DNA from: a virus
Taxonomy: Duplodnaviria > Caudoviricetes
Virus record (IMG/VR): IMGVR_UViG_3300028908_000010
Location: 1-60,947 of that record
Direction: 5' to 3' (one strand)
Length of the DNA stretch: 60,947 nucleotides
Shown: piece by piece, positions 17,028 to 26,947 of the stretch
Numbering within the stretch: position 1 is the stretch's first letter
How the letters are laid out: each line of letters starts with the position of its first letter
Translations under genes and position numbers: made by a program
The notes under the pieces: generated by a model
The model's database searches: none
Told to the model about the DNA's origin: nothing
What the model saw: the letters and a program-made list of their open reading frames with translations, nothing else

Positions 17028-18548
17028 ATGTTAGAATTACTTATAAGAAGTCAATGTAATGTTATAGTATTGAATACTATTGAGACTGATCGGGCATTTA
17101 GATATGTCTCTGATCAGGTAAATATTTTAAACCAGAAATTGTCAGAGATGCAGGTAAAGCCAGAAGGGTTGGAAGATGGATATGAAGTATTAGTGTGGAA
17201 TCCTATAGATGGGATAGGAGGGGGACAATATTCTAACTACATAGATATACTCAGATCAGTATTGGATGCCCCTCGCCCGACTGTTTATTTTCTATCCAAT
17301 TACCACTTCTTTATAAGGGAGCAGTTTAATCTACCTGCTATATTACATTACATTAAAGAAATATCCAAACAAGAACGATTTGTCCATGTGGTTCTACAGG
17401 GAGAATTTAATCTTCCAGCAGAGATAGCTCAATACTGCCAAATGATTGATATTCCTCTTCCTTCTAAGGAGGAAATCTTTGAAATTCTTTCCAATATAAA
17501 TGAAGCGGAGGGATTCAATATTAAAAAATCGTCATTGCAGAGATCTGCTGAATACCTTAGTGGGCTCACCCAATCAGAAGTTGAAATGATATTCAGAACT
17601 GCAATTGCTCAGAAGAAAGGAAAGGTTGACCCAGACCTGCTTCAAAAGTTAAAGGCTGAAAAAGTAAAGAAAGAAGGGCTAATTGAATATATTGCTCCCA
17701 ATGAGACTATGAATGATCTTGGAGGATTAGGTAACTTGAGAGAATGGGCATTAATGGTTGCAAAGGTGTTTACACATAGGGAGGAAGCGATTAGGAAGAA
17801 AGTTCCTGTTCCTAAAGGAATGCTCCTTGCAGGAGTCCCAGGAACAGGTAAGACTCTCTCCTGTAAGATAATAGCTAACCTGTTCAAAGTGCCCTTGCTT
17901 AGAGTTGATATTGGAAAACTGTTTGCCAGCAGGCTTGGAGAAACAGAATCCAATACACGTAAAGTCTTAAAAGAGATAGAAGCCCAAGCTCCTGCTGTTG
18001 TCATGATAGATGAAGCTGAAAAAGCATTCAGTGGGTTGGGATCTTCTGATATGACTGATGCTGGAACTACTGCAAGAGTAATTTCTTCGTTTCTCTACTT
18101 CATGCAGGAAAATAATGCTCCATTATTCTTTGCTTTCACTGTGAATAATGTTCTTGCCCTTCCTCCAGAACTTGAGAGGAGAGGAAGAATAGATGAATTA
18201 TGGTTTGTGGATCTTCCCTCGCAACAAGAAAGAATGGAGATTATTAAGGTTCATCTAAAGAAACTGGGGCTGGATGTGAAAACATTTTCACTACAAAAGA
18301 TAATAGAAAAGACAAAATCCTTTACTGGGGCAGAAATTGAAACAATAATTAAACAGGCAAAATTAAAAGCTTTCTATGAAGACAGAAAGACAAACACTAA
18401 AGACATTTGTGAGATGGCCGAAAAGACTGTTCCTCTTGCTGTTAGCAGGAGGGAAGAAATAGAAGCTATTAGAGAGTGGGGGAAAACCAGAGCAAGATTA
18501 GCAAACAGTGTAATAAAACAGGAATTTGTAAAAAGAACAATATTTTAA
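17028..18548 (+). CDS. Ycf46/SpoVK-type AAA+ ATPase (degenerate N-terminal plus active C-terminal AAA domain)
   Basis: DLGGL, GVPGTGKT, MIDEAEK, LPPELERRGRIDE, FTGAEIE. Confidence 0.9.
   Translation: MLELLIRSQCNVIVLNTIETDRAFRYVSDQVNILNQKLSEMQVKPEGLEDGYEVLVWNPIDGIGGGQYSNYIDILRSVLDAPRPTVYFLSNYHFFIREQFNLPAILHYIKEISKQERFVHVVLQGEFNLPAEIAQYCQMIDIPLPSKEEIFEILSNINEAEGFNIKKSSLQRSAEYLSGLTQSEVEMIFRTAIAQKKGKVDPDLLQKLKAEKVKKEGLIEYIAPNETMNDLGGLGNLREWALMVAKVFTHREEAIRKKVPVPKGMLLAGVPGTGKTLSCKIIANLFKVPLLRVDIGKLFASRLGETESNTRKVLKEIEAQAPAVVMIDEAEKAFSGLGSSDMTDAGTTARVISSFLYFMQENNAPLFFAFTVNNVLALPPELERRGRIDELWFVDLPSQQERMEIIKVHLKKLGLDVKTFSLQKIIEKTKSFTGAEIETIIKQAKLKAFYEDRKTNTKDICEMAEKTVPLAVSRREEIEAIREWGKTRARLANSVIKQEFVKRTIF
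18277..18290. promoter_or_regulatory. Palindrome variant TGAAAACATTTTCA
   Basis: Inside the AAA gene, flanked G...C. Confidence 0.65.
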
Positions 18549-18549
18549 C

Positions 18550-18633
18550 TTGACTTCTTTTATAATCCTTCCTATATTTAAGTATACTCATCCTACTTAT
18601 GATCCTCCTTTCTAAGCCCCCAAATGGGGGCTT
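18550..18633 (+). ncRNA. Candidate small RNA unit: promoter, anti-SD tract, hairpin
   Basis: TTGACT-17-TATATT (18550-18578), TGATCCTCCTTTCT (18600-18613), AAGCCCCC/GGGGGCTT stem (18614-18633). Confidence 0.4.
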
Positions 18634-18634
18634 C

Positions 18635-18838
18635 CTACCTTCTTGTTCTTGCTATACCTAATCTCATTTCTTGACCCACTGGACAAGTTTTTAACTCTTC
18701 TACAGATATTCCTTTTGTAACTTTTGCTAAGCATTTTTTATAAGATTTCCTATAAAAAATACAATAGTCCTTGACAACTGGGCAGATTCCAAAAAATATA
18801 TCAAACTCTTTGCTTTTGTAGGGTTCAGTAACTGTCAT
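18635..18838 (-). CDS. Small Cys-containing protein, counter-oriented
   Basis: Fills the gap; no clear SD. Confidence 0.45.
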   Translation of the reverse strand: MTVTEPYKSKEFDIFFGICPVVKDYCIFYRKSYKKCLAKVTKGISVEELKTCPVGQEMRLGIARTRR

Positions 18839-18890
18839 ATTAATTATCTATTTGATTTTACTTGAAAAGTCAAGAATTTAAAATTTTTAC

Positions 18891-18919
18891 TTGACAAAAA
18901 TGACAAGCATGATTATTAT
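18891..18919 (+). promoter_or_regulatory. Promoter of the replication operon
   Basis: TTGACA-17-TATTAT. Confidence 0.75.
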
Positions 18920-18939
18920 TGTCAAAAAAGGAGGATAAA

Positions 18940-19278
18940 GTGAAGCTAATAAATCTTGAAAAATATACAACACAATCTCTCAAAAAGATGTATCAGGCAG
19001 GGAAATGGAAAGAAAAAGATTTAATTAAATATTGGATATTTTCCCATAAGGAAATAGGGTTACCTACCGATTTAATTCCAATGACATGGAAAGTAAGAAC
19101 AGTTCTTAGAAAGTTTCTGACTGAAGTAGCCACTTCTGACCTTCCAGATGTAATTGACTTTGCTGTAGACAATCTTGATGAACTTATAGGAAGCATAGAA
19201 TTTTTCAATGGAAGCCTTATTAGCTTTTGTTATAATTATGGAAGAATATACAGGAAATATAAGAGCCATGCAGAGTAA
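18940..19278 (+). CDS. Hypothetical protein heading the replication operon
   Basis: AAGGAGG SD, GTG start. Confidence 0.7.
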   Translation: MKLINLEKYTTQSLKKMYQAGKWKEKDLIKYWIFSHKEIGLPTDLIPMTWKVRTVLRKFLTEVATSDLPDVIDFAVDNLDELIGSIEFFNGSLISFCYNYGRIYRKYKSHAE

Positions 19279-19759
19279 ACAAGCCATATTCCTTGTAATG
19301 AAAAAACACAATGTAAAAGTTGTGTCCCCCTTTCAGTATGACTTTAAAAAAGAGACACTCCATGCAGTGTCAATATCTCCATTTGTGGTTGTATTAGGAC
19401 ATAAATCAGACAAGAAAGACAGTATAGTAAGCTATGCAGTAGCCTCGAAGTTGCTAAAGATATATCGTTATGGTAACTTAAAAATAGAATCTCTTTCTGT
19501 TTATCCTGATATGGGGGGGGCTATAGTTCTGGTGGACACAAGCATAGCCGATGTAAAAGGAAAACATGTTTTGTTTATGCTACATAGCAATAAGCAGATA
19601 ATACTTGATATAAATAGTGAATTTGAACTCAAAGAATTGTTTGGTAAAAACACCGAACATATACTAAAGAAAGGAGTGAGGATAGATGTCGGTGGGGATC
19701 AGACTGCTAAGTGCAGTCGTAAGAGACAGGTCTCTCCAACAGTTTCATTTGCTGGATAG
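19268..19759 (+). CDS. Hypothetical protein (possibly degenerate helicase-loader-like)
   Basis: Directly before DnaB; no intact Walker A. Confidence 0.55.
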   Translation: MQSKQAIFLVMKKHNVKVVSPFQYDFKKETLHAVSISPFVVVLGHKSDKKDSIVSYAVASKLLKIYRYGNLKIESLSVYPDMGGAIVLVDTSIADVKGKHVLFMLHSNKQIILDINSEFELKELFGKNTEHILKKGVRIDVGGDQTAKCSRKRQVSPTVSFAG

Positions 19760-20882
19760 AGATCTATTTATAGACTATGAAAAAGAATATTATGACATTA
19801 TAAAGAGATATGTTGAGCAATATAAATCTCTACCATCCCTCAGCACTCTTACGGATATATGGGACGAAGAAGAGATACCTGTTCCAGATGCCCCAACAGA
19901 TCTGCTGTTTCAGAGATGTGTAGAACGTAAATTAAAAGAGGATCTCTTACGCCTTTCCAATGAAATTGAGGACAGCCTCCGCAAACATGAAGTAGATGCT
20001 GTAATTTCTAAAATGGACAGACTCGTTAAGTCTTATAAATCCTTGAATAAGGGAGATGATGGAGTAAGGACGTTTAAAGACCTAACACATACAGTTCTTG
20101 ATTATATTCAAAAGAAAAGAAGTAGAATAGACACAACAATTGGCATCCCCACTGGATGGAAAACACTCGACTTCCTTACAAATGGGTATCAAGCAGAGGA
20201 TTTAAATCTAATTGTGGCTCGCCCCAAAATGGGGAAGTCTATAACAATGGCTTATTCTGCTCTAAAAATAGCTCAGGCTGGGTATCTCTGTATGTTAGTT
20301 TCAATGGAAATGAATATAAAACAACAAGCCAAGAGATTGGTAGCTCTACATTCCAGACTTAATTACAATGCTCTGCATAGAGGAGAAATAAGCTCTTTTG
20401 CAGAGAGAGAAATTGCATCCCTATTGGATGAAGAAATGCCTTTCCTGTATGTAGAAGGAAGATTTAATAAAACAATAGACGATATATCTGCTCTCGTAGA
20501 TAAATATAATCCTGACATTGTGTTTATAGATGGTGGTTATCTAATCAAGATGCAGAGACGGTATCGTAGTTTGTGGGAGAATGCTACTGTCCTTGCCAAC
20601 GATTTGAAAGACCTCGCCATGTCTTATTCCAAACCGTTTGTTGTATCCTTTCAGTTTAACAGGTCTGCATCAAGGGAAAAAGGAGGAAATCTTGAAACTA
20701 TCCAGTTAACTGACGCCTTGAGTCAATTAGTGTCTGTAGGAATATCTCTACATGGGGAAGATACTTCTCCCTACAAAATAATGACAGTCTTTGCCAATAG
20801 GGAGGGTATTACACAATCTTTTGAAATAAATTGGGATTGGGAGAGGATGAACTTTGATGAAATTGACGAAGGAACAGCATAG
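19686..20882 (+). CDS. dnaB: DnaB-like replicative helicase
   Basis: IPTGW, ARPKMGKS, SMEM, FIDG, QFNR. Confidence 0.92.
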   Translation: MSVGIRLLSAVVRDRSLQQFHLLDRDLFIDYEKEYYDIIKRYVEQYKSLPSLSTLTDIWDEEEIPVPDAPTDLLFQRCVERKLKEDLLRLSNEIEDSLRKHEVDAVISKMDRLVKSYKSLNKGDDGVRTFKDLTHTVLDYIQKKRSRIDTTIGIPTGWKTLDFLTNGYQAEDLNLIVARPKMGKSITMAYSALKIAQAGYLCMLVSMEMNIKQQAKRLVALHSRLNYNALHRGEISSFAEREIASLLDEEMPFLYVEGRFNKTIDDISALVDKYNPDIVFIDGGYLIKMQRRYRSLWENATVLANDLKDLAMSYSKPFVVSFQFNRSASREKGGNLETIQLTDALSQLVSVGISLHGEDTSPYKIMTVFANREGITQSFEINWDWERMNFDEIDEGTA

Positions 20883-21087
20883 GTATATAAGAACCTTTAT
20901 TCTGTATTTAGGAGAAGAAGCCCTAAATTGGAGTCCTTATGTCATGGAAATGATGTTAGTGATGGCTCTTGTAGGAGAGCCAGAAAAATGTATGACAGAA
21001 AAAGAACAGGAACTATATAGGAGGTATCTAAACAAATGGCATATCAGCAAGGAGGAAATTACATGGGGAAGACTTATAGAGACATAA
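20854..21087 (+). CDS. Hypothetical protein
   Basis: Overlaps both neighbours. Confidence 0.5.
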   Translation: MMKLTKEQHRYIRTFILYLGEEALNWSPYVMEMMLVMALVGEPEKCMTEKEQELYRRYLNKWHISKEEITWGRLIET

Positions 21088-21989
21088 ACCTTTACATCAA
21101 ATTGCTAAATCATTTGGGAATAAATCAGATAAGAGAAAGAGAAAATGGAAACTGGATTACTACTTCTTGCCCATTTGCAAGATGGACACATGATAAAGGA
21201 AAAGACGAACATCCTTCTTTCGGGATAAATCTTAGTAATGGAGTTTTCAATTGCTTTGCATGTGGTATAAAAGGGCATGTAAGCAGAATCTACCATATAT
21301 GGAAGAATGTTACAGGAATAGATGACCCTTCTCTCAAGGAATATGCTGACCCAGATAATTTTATTCCAAGATTGTTTAAGAATATTGCTCCCCGTTCTCC
21401 TCGATATGTTTCTTCTATTCCCTTTCCTTTTTATACTGGAAATATGTTCTCTAAATTAACAGTGAAAACGTTTTCACTGAGGTATGATCCTCGTGAAAGA
21501 AGGATAGTAATTCCTATACGTTATTACAATAACAGAGTTGTGGCTTTGAAAGGACGCTATGTAGGAAAAGATCCTAATGCTCTTAGATATAGATTCTATA
21601 AAGAGTGTGGAGGCACAATGCCTCATGGACTGGGAATATGGTTTGGGTATCATCTTCCAATAGATTCCACTTCTCCTCTCATATTGGTAGAAGGAGAGAG
21701 GAATCTATTAAAGTTATGGGATGAGGGTTTTACAAACGTATGGGCAAGTGGTGGTGCAGAAATAAGTAATGCTCAACTTAGAACCCTCAGAACCTGCGAG
21801 GCAAAGAAGATGATACTATTCATGGACAATGATAAAGGAGGTGAGACAGCAACAAAAAGAATTGTTAATAGACTACGTGGTTTTATAACCTTCTACAAGG
21901 TTAGAAATTATTATGGACTTAATGACCCTGCTGAGATAATAGAGCAGGGGATACTTAAAAAGGCACTAAGATCAGCAAAAAAAATCTAA
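21036..21989 (+). CDS. DNA primase (Zn finger plus TOPRIM)
   Basis: CPF..H...PSF...FNCFACG; LVEGE; MDNDKGG. Confidence 0.9.
   Translation: MAYQQGGNYMGKTYRDINLYIKLLNHLGINQIRERENGNWITTSCPFARWTHDKGKDEHPSFGINLSNGVFNCFACGIKGHVSRIYHIWKNVTGIDDPSLKEYADPDNFIPRLFKNIAPRSPRYVSSIPFPFYTGNMFSKLTVKTFSLRYDPRERRIVIPIRYYNNRVVALKGRYVGKDPNALRYRFYKECGGTMPHGLGIWFGYHLPIDSTSPLILVEGERNLLKLWDEGFTNVWASGGAEISNAQLRTLRTCEAKKMILFMDNDKGGETATKRIVNRLRGFITFYKVRNYYGLNDPAEIIEQGILKKALRSAKKI
21460..21479. promoter_or_regulatory. Dispersed palindrome, 20-bp extended form
   Basis: CAGTGAAAACGTTTTCACTG inside the primase gene. Confidence 0.85.
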
Positions 21990-22002
21990 AAGGAGGTTTA
22001 TC

Positions 22003-22737
22003 ATGGCAAAGAAAAAATGGTTTAAAATCGGTAAGGAAGGGTTTGAAGAAAAGAAGAAAATGGACTCTGTTGCAGAGATGAAAAGAGAGAAATATGCTCC
22101 TCGCTTCAGACTCAGACCTGAAGAGTCTGCCAAGATTGTATTCCTTGACTCTGATGGGTTTTATATAAAAGAACATAATCTTGAAATAGGAGGAAAATGG
22201 GGTAATTTTGTAACGTGTGTTTCAGACTTTCAACCATGCCCTGTTTGTCAAAGAGGTGAGCGACCTACATACACTGCATATTATACTATAATAGACACCA
22301 GAAAAATTACTACAAGTGATGGTAAGACTCTTAAAAACAGAAAAGTTTTATTACCTCTAAAGGGATCTGCAATAAATATATTTGAAGACATTAAGAAAAA
22401 ATATAAAAATCTAAGGGGAATGGTCTTTGAGGTAAAAAGATACACTGCACAAGATCCCAATTGTGGAAGTTATTTTGAACGAATCGGTAGAGCAAATCTT
22501 TCCAGGTTGGAGGATTCAGAACCATTTGACTATGAAAAGATACTTGCTCCCCCCACTAAGGAAGAATTGCAGGCAATGGGTTATGACTCTGTAATAGTAG
22601 GATCTGAAGAAGAGTTGGATAATGAACTTGAGTCTCTCTTCAGTGAAGAAGAAGGAGAAGAACAAGAACAAGAAAAAGAAGAAGAAGACCTCTTTGCAAG
22701 TGGGGAAGAAGAGGAGGATGATGATGTTCCCTTCTAA
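22003..22737 (+). CDS. Single-stranded DNA-binding protein
   Basis: Zn-binding C..CPVC core, acidic tail ending DDDVPF. Confidence 0.75.
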   Translation: MAKKKWFKIGKEGFEEKKKMDSVAEMKREKYAPRFRLRPEESAKIVFLDSDGFYIKEHNLEIGGKWGNFVTCVSDFQPCPVCQRGERPTYTAYYTIIDTRKITTSDGKTLKNRKVLLPLKGSAINIFEDIKKKYKNLRGMVFEVKRYTAQDPNCGSYFERIGRANLSRLEDSEPFDYEKILAPPTKEELQAMGYDSVIVGSEEELDNELESLFSEEEGEEQEQEKEEEDLFASGEEEEDDDVPF

Positions 22738-23989
22738 GCCAATAGTATGTCGGGAGTGGATGTATGTCCCTCCCGATATGGTAGTTACAAAAGCTCTTGA
22801 GGTTAAAGTCCCCTCTTTTTTTGGAAAAGGAAAGAAAACTCTATATCTGTATAAGAATAAAGGAGATAGGATAGGAGTTCCCAGATACTTCCTACGATTA
22901 AACTCCTATCCTCCTGTTGAAGGAACATGGAAAAGATACAACTTTACATCTAAAATACGGTTGAGAGAGCATCAAAAGGTTATTGTGAATACATACCTGC
23001 ATAAGTTGAAGCAGTATCCTTATGGAGGTATCATTCAGATGCCTACAGGAACAGGAAAAACTATCGTGGGCTTGGAATTGATTGCAAGGCTCAAGTATCC
23101 AACTCTTATTGTCGTCCACCGAGAACTCATATTTGAGCAATGGTGTAGAGCTATAAAGAAATTTCTGGGAATGAAAGCTGGGATAATAAAAGGTAGTGAA
23201 GAAACCATCCGACCTGTAACAGTGGCAATGCTACAAACTCTGATGAGAAAAAAGAAAGTTCCTTATTCTCAATTTTTTGGGCATGTTATCTATGATGAAG
23301 TTCATGTTATGGGAGCAGAAAAGTTCAACCAGACAATTCCATTATTTAACCCAAAAATAAGAACTGGACTGTCTGCTACTCCTGAAAGAAAAGATGGGTT
23401 GGAATATATATTTCAGTGGCATATAGGAGATATAATAGCCAAATGGATGAAACCTGCAATGACTCCAAAAGTTCTCAAAGTAGAGTTTAAGAATTTTGCT
23501 ATCTCTTCCAAAGGATGTTTCGTAGGTAAAAAGTTTATACGAAGCAGATACCTAAAAAGATTGAATATAGAACGTAGAAATAAGCTCGTGGCTAAATTGG
23601 TTAAAAAAGCCTATCAAACTGGATACAAAATTCTGATTCTTTCTGATAGTCTGGAATTATTAAGGGAGTATGACAGATGGATAGATATTCCAGATAAAGC
23701 ATGGCTTACAGGAAACAAAAAAACATATAGTGGTAAGGAGAGAGTAATATTGGCAACGTATGGTGCTGGTGGAACTGGGTTTGATGCTCCCGATGTTGAT
23801 TGTATAATTCTTGCTACCCCACGAGCAGATGTGAAACAGGCTATTGGAAGGGCATTGAGACCTCTCAATGGTAAACGACAACCCTGGATTATTGATATTG
23901 TAGAACAGCACATTCCAATTATGAGACGATACTATGCTCTACGCAAGAAGGATTACCCTGTAGATCAGATAAAGGTGTTAACACTATGA
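22724..23989 (+). CDS. SF2 DEAD/DEAH-like helicase
   Basis: LREHQ, PTGTGKT, DEVH, SAT, QAIGRALR. Confidence 0.92.
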   Translation: MFPSKPIVCREWMYVPPDMVVTKALEVKVPSFFGKGKKTLYLYKNKGDRIGVPRYFLRLNSYPPVEGTWKRYNFTSKIRLREHQKVIVNTYLHKLKQYPYGGIIQMPTGTGKTIVGLELIARLKYPTLIVVHRELIFEQWCRAIKKFLGMKAGIIKGSEETIRPVTVAMLQTLMRKKKVPYSQFFGHVIYDEVHVMGAEKFNQTIPLFNPKIRTGLSATPERKDGLEYIFQWHIGDIIAKWMKPAMTPKVLKVEFKNFAISSKGCFVGKKFIRSRYLKRLNIERRNKLVAKLVKKAYQTGYKILILSDSLELLREYDRWIDIPDKAWLTGNKKTYSGKERVILATYGAGGTGFDAPDVDCIILATPRADVKQAIGRALRPLNGKRQPWIIDIVEQHIPIMRRYYALRKKDYPVDQIKVLTL

Positions 23990-24327
23990 GAACAAAAGAT
24001 AAATTGAAAAACACATGGGTATATCTGATGAATGGAATAAGAGGAAAGTTTGGATACTACAAGGGACACCCAGTAATTAAGCCAATACATCCCTTTCCCA
24101 ATCCATGCAGAAAGGTTATTGCAAGTCAAGCCAAGTTTGGATGGCTATTTGATTTCTGTATGGAAGCAAGGAGGCTGTATTGGTTGGGAGTTCCCCCAAA
24201 GGTATTAGAAGAAGCATATTTTCATTTTAGAAAGAACCCACATTTTAAGCCAAAGGAGGTATGGAACTATGTCAAAAAAAGATACCAAGAACAAAACCGT
24301 CCAAATGACGGTAGTAGAAGACAATGA
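23986..24327 (+). CDS. Hypothetical protein
   Basis: ATGA-coupled. Confidence 0.65.
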   Translation: MRTKDKLKNTWVYLMNGIRGKFGYYKGHPVIKPIHPFPNPCRKVIASQAKFGWLFDFCMEARRLYWLGVPPKVLEEAYFHFRKNPHFKPKEVWNYVKKRYQEQNRPNDGSRRQ

Positions 24328-24550
24328 AGTTACTAATATTCCATCAAAAGTTCCAGCAGAGGAAGAGCCTGCATGGGTAACCTATGAACTCAAAAGAACA
24401 GTAAATATGGGAGATTATGAAAGTCTATCAGTCAAAATTGGAGTAACTGTCCCATGTAGAAGAAAGGAAATCTCAACAGTCTATAAACAAGCTGGGAAGT
24501 TTGTGGAAAAGAAAATGGATCAAAAACTTGCCAAGTGGGGGTTTAAATGA
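24269..24550 (+). CDS. Conserved-type phage protein (TVNMGDYES)
   Basis: Motif typical of phage replication modules; SD. Confidence 0.7.
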   Translation: MSKKDTKNKTVQMTVVEDNEVTNIPSKVPAEEEPAWVTYELKRTVNMGDYESLSVKIGVTVPCRRKEISTVYKQAGKFVEKKMDQKLAKWGFK

Positions 24551-25524
24551 TACCAGACAAATTAATTAAAAAGTATGGAAATACTATCAAAACGGCTACA
24601 GATAGTAAAGAAATTGCAAAGATTCCTACTGGTGTGTTTTCTTTAGATCTGCTTACAAAAGGAGGTATTCCTCTCAACAAGTTTACAGTATTGTGGGGAA
24701 ACAAAAGCTCAGGAAAGACTACCCTTTCTTTCAAGATAATGAACAGTTTTATTGAGGCCTATGACAATGTGTATGTAGTATATGTAGACTTTGAACATGC
24801 TCTAAATAAGGAATGGATGTCCAGATTTATAAAGGATCTAAAAAGAGTAGTAATAGTTAGCCCAGACTACGGAGAGCAGGGAGTGGATATTATCCATGAA
24901 TTAAGCCAAGAAAAAGATATAGGACTTATTATAGTTGATAGTCTTGGTTCTATCATTTCTATTACTGAAATAGAAGAGAGCAGTGAAGATAGCCAAGTAG
25001 CATCTTCATCAAGGTTAATAAGAAGACTACTGAATAAACTGTTGGTTTCTATGTCTATTGCAGAAAAAGAAAATAGACCTCTGACAACTTTGTTGATTAA
25101 CCAGGCTCGATCTAACATAGGAGCAAGAAAATTTGAGTCTAAAATGAAAATGCCAGGAGGATATATTGTCAATCATTTATCTTATCTAACACTGCATCTA
25201 TATTTAAAAAGCTATACATCAAATGATGGAGTCCCTTGTGAAGCTATACATAATTTTGCCATAGAGAAAAACAGATGTGGTCTTCCTAAATTGAGTGGGG
25301 AGTTTGTTATTGATCTGATACAGGGGAAGATTAAAGATGATAATGTAATTATGAACTATGCCAAGAAATATGAATTATTGATAAAAGAAAAGAAGGGGTT
25401 TTCCTTATGTGGAAGGAAAAGTCCTACATTAAAAAAACTAAAAGAAGACTTGGAAGACCCACAATTCAGGCAGAAAGTTTGTGAAGAAATAATGGAGAGG
25501 TGGTGGAATGGTAAAGCACTGTAA
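24547..25524 (+). CDS. recA: RecA/UvsX-like recombinase
   Basis: IPTG..SLD..GGIP, GNKSSGKTT, DFEH, IVDS, INQ, PGG. Confidence 0.9.
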   Translation: MIPDKLIKKYGNTIKTATDSKEIAKIPTGVFSLDLLTKGGIPLNKFTVLWGNKSSGKTTLSFKIMNSFIEAYDNVYVVYVDFEHALNKEWMSRFIKDLKRVVIVSPDYGEQGVDIIHELSQEKDIGLIIVDSLGSIISITEIEESSEDSQVASSSRLIRRLLNKLLVSMSIAEKENRPLTTLLINQARSNIGARKFESKMKMPGGYIVNHLSYLTLHLYLKSYTSNDGVPCEAIHNFAIEKNRCGLPKLSGEFVIDLIQGKIKDDNVIMNYAKKYELLIKEKKGFSLCGRKSPTLKKLKEDLEDPQFRQKVCEEIMERWWNGKAL

Positions 25525-25915
25525 AGTATGTGGTAAGAGACTTATTCTCATTGCAACTGGCAAGGAAGATATTTTCTGTAGTCAGGAATGTTTAATTACA
25601 TTTCTCAAAAATCCAGTTCCTCTAATGACTGGCTTTCCATTGGACGCCCATTTTAGCTATAGAAGTAAATGGGAAGAAGCCTTTTCTGAGTTTTGTAACA
25701 AACACCAATTTAGATGGAGATATGAGCCTTATGCCTTCAGGTTGAGCAACAAGAAATGGTATATCCCAGACTTCCTTGTGAATGGTCACTACATAGAAAT
25801 AAAGGGAGTATGGGAAGCAGGTGCTCAAAAGAAAGTAAATTTGTTCAGAGAAGAGTATGGTAATTTGATTGTGTTAGGAAAGAAGATACTTAAACACATA
25901 GGAGTAGTTAAATGA
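25508..25915 (+). CDS. Zn finger plus PD-(D/E)XK endonuclease
   Basis: CKVC...FCS..C; YRSKWE...YEP...YIPDF...IEIKG. Confidence 0.8.
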   Translation: MVKHCKVCGKRLILIATGKEDIFCSQECLITFLKNPVPLMTGFPLDAHFSYRSKWEEAFSEFCNKHQFRWRYEPYAFRLSNKKWYIPDFLVNGHYIEIKGVWEAGAQKKVNLFREEYGNLIVLGKKILKHIGVVK

Positions 25916-26169
25916 AAGGATTAATAGAAGATTTAATACATATATGGGAAAATCCAGATGCTTGGACAAGGGAGAACTTCAAGAAGGCTAAAAAACTCTA
26001 TTTGAAGGCTCTTAAATTCCAAATATATACTCTCGTAGATGTAGTAAAGAAAACAAAAATGACCCCTGCTAAATTGAGCAGGTGCATTGAATCCCTTATT
26101 GCTTTACAAAAAACAAAAGAAGTCCTGTTGGAAATTCAAGGAGGAGGATATGATTCAGATAGTAAATAA
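25912..26169 (+). CDS. Hypothetical protein
   Basis: Coupled ORF. Confidence 0.65.
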   Translation: MKGLIEDLIHIWENPDAWTRENFKKAKKLYLKALKFQIYTLVDVVKKTKMTPAKLSRCIESLIALQKTKEVLLEIQGGGYDSDSK

Positions 26170-26947
26170 CTTCTATGAAAATCTGCAAAAAGAATTTACC
26201 AACAAAAGAAGGGAGAGCAAACATTTTCATGTTTCAGACCTTCCTACAATATGTCCAAGAGCAGTGGGTTACGCACGCAAATATAACGTCTCTTTCAGAC
26301 AGAAGAAAAAACTTGTAAGACCAATGGTTCTTGCTTTTGCTTATGGTATAGCAATTCAGAAACTGTTTTCCAGATATAGTTCTTATCTCATAAGCAAATA
26401 CAGATGCCCAAAATGTGGAACAACATATTATCTGAGCTATGAAAACTGGAAGGATATAAAATGCAAGCCTGAGTATTTATACCTTGATGAATATGCGATT
26501 AAACTTGAATCAGATAATTTTAAACTGGTAGGACATATTGACTCTCTCTATAGAGAATATAATAAAGTATATATTGCAGAGATTAAATCAATTTCTGCTA
26601 AACAATTTGAGGAATTGAAAGAACCTCTGTTTGACCATGTCATGCAAGTAGTTACATACTTGTGGATGTTCAATAGAAAAAAAGTAAAAGTAGATAAAGG
26701 ATTGAAAAGATATGACATTCAAAGAGATAAAGCTTTTGTATTGTATTTTAAAAAAGATTTCCAGAATTTTGATGTGAAAAAGTTTTCAGTGGGAAAGAAT
26801 GAATATAATCTAGAAAATAGGATTAAAGAATTGTTGACTCAACTATTGAATGCCAATGAGGAATCACCAAAGGTATGTTCCTCTAAGTTGTCACCTAATG
26901 CAAGGCATTGTCAGTTTAGAGAAATATGTTTTAGAAAGGAGGAATGA
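26150..26947 (+). CDS. Cas4-like PD-(D/E)XK exonuclease
   Basis: S....CPR, GHID, EIKS, Q...Y, C-terminal C...C.F...C. Confidence 0.8.
   Translation: MIQIVNNFYENLQKEFTNKRRESKHFHVSDLPTICPRAVGYARKYNVSFRQKKKLVRPMVLAFAYGIAIQKLFSRYSSYLISKYRCPKCGTTYYLSYENWKDIKCKPEYLYLDEYAIKLESDNFKLVGHIDSLYREYNKVYIAEIKSISAKQFEELKEPLFDHVMQVVTYLWMFNRKKVKVDKGLKRYDIQRDKAFVLYFKKDFQNFDVKKFSVGKNEYNLENRIKELLTQLLNANEESPKVCSSKLSPNARHCQFREICFRKEE
26775..26788. promoter_or_regulatory. Palindrome variant TGAAAAAGTTTTCA
   Basis: One mismatch, inside the nuclease gene. Confidence 0.45.

Noticed and set aside
25495-25524. ERWW near the RecA C-terminus as a fifth WW tail
   Set aside because: Not terminal and coincides with the GAGGTGG SD of the next gene
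26150-26947. Cas4-like gene as part of a CRISPR system
   Set aside because: No array or other cas genes; such nucleases are common in phage recombination modules
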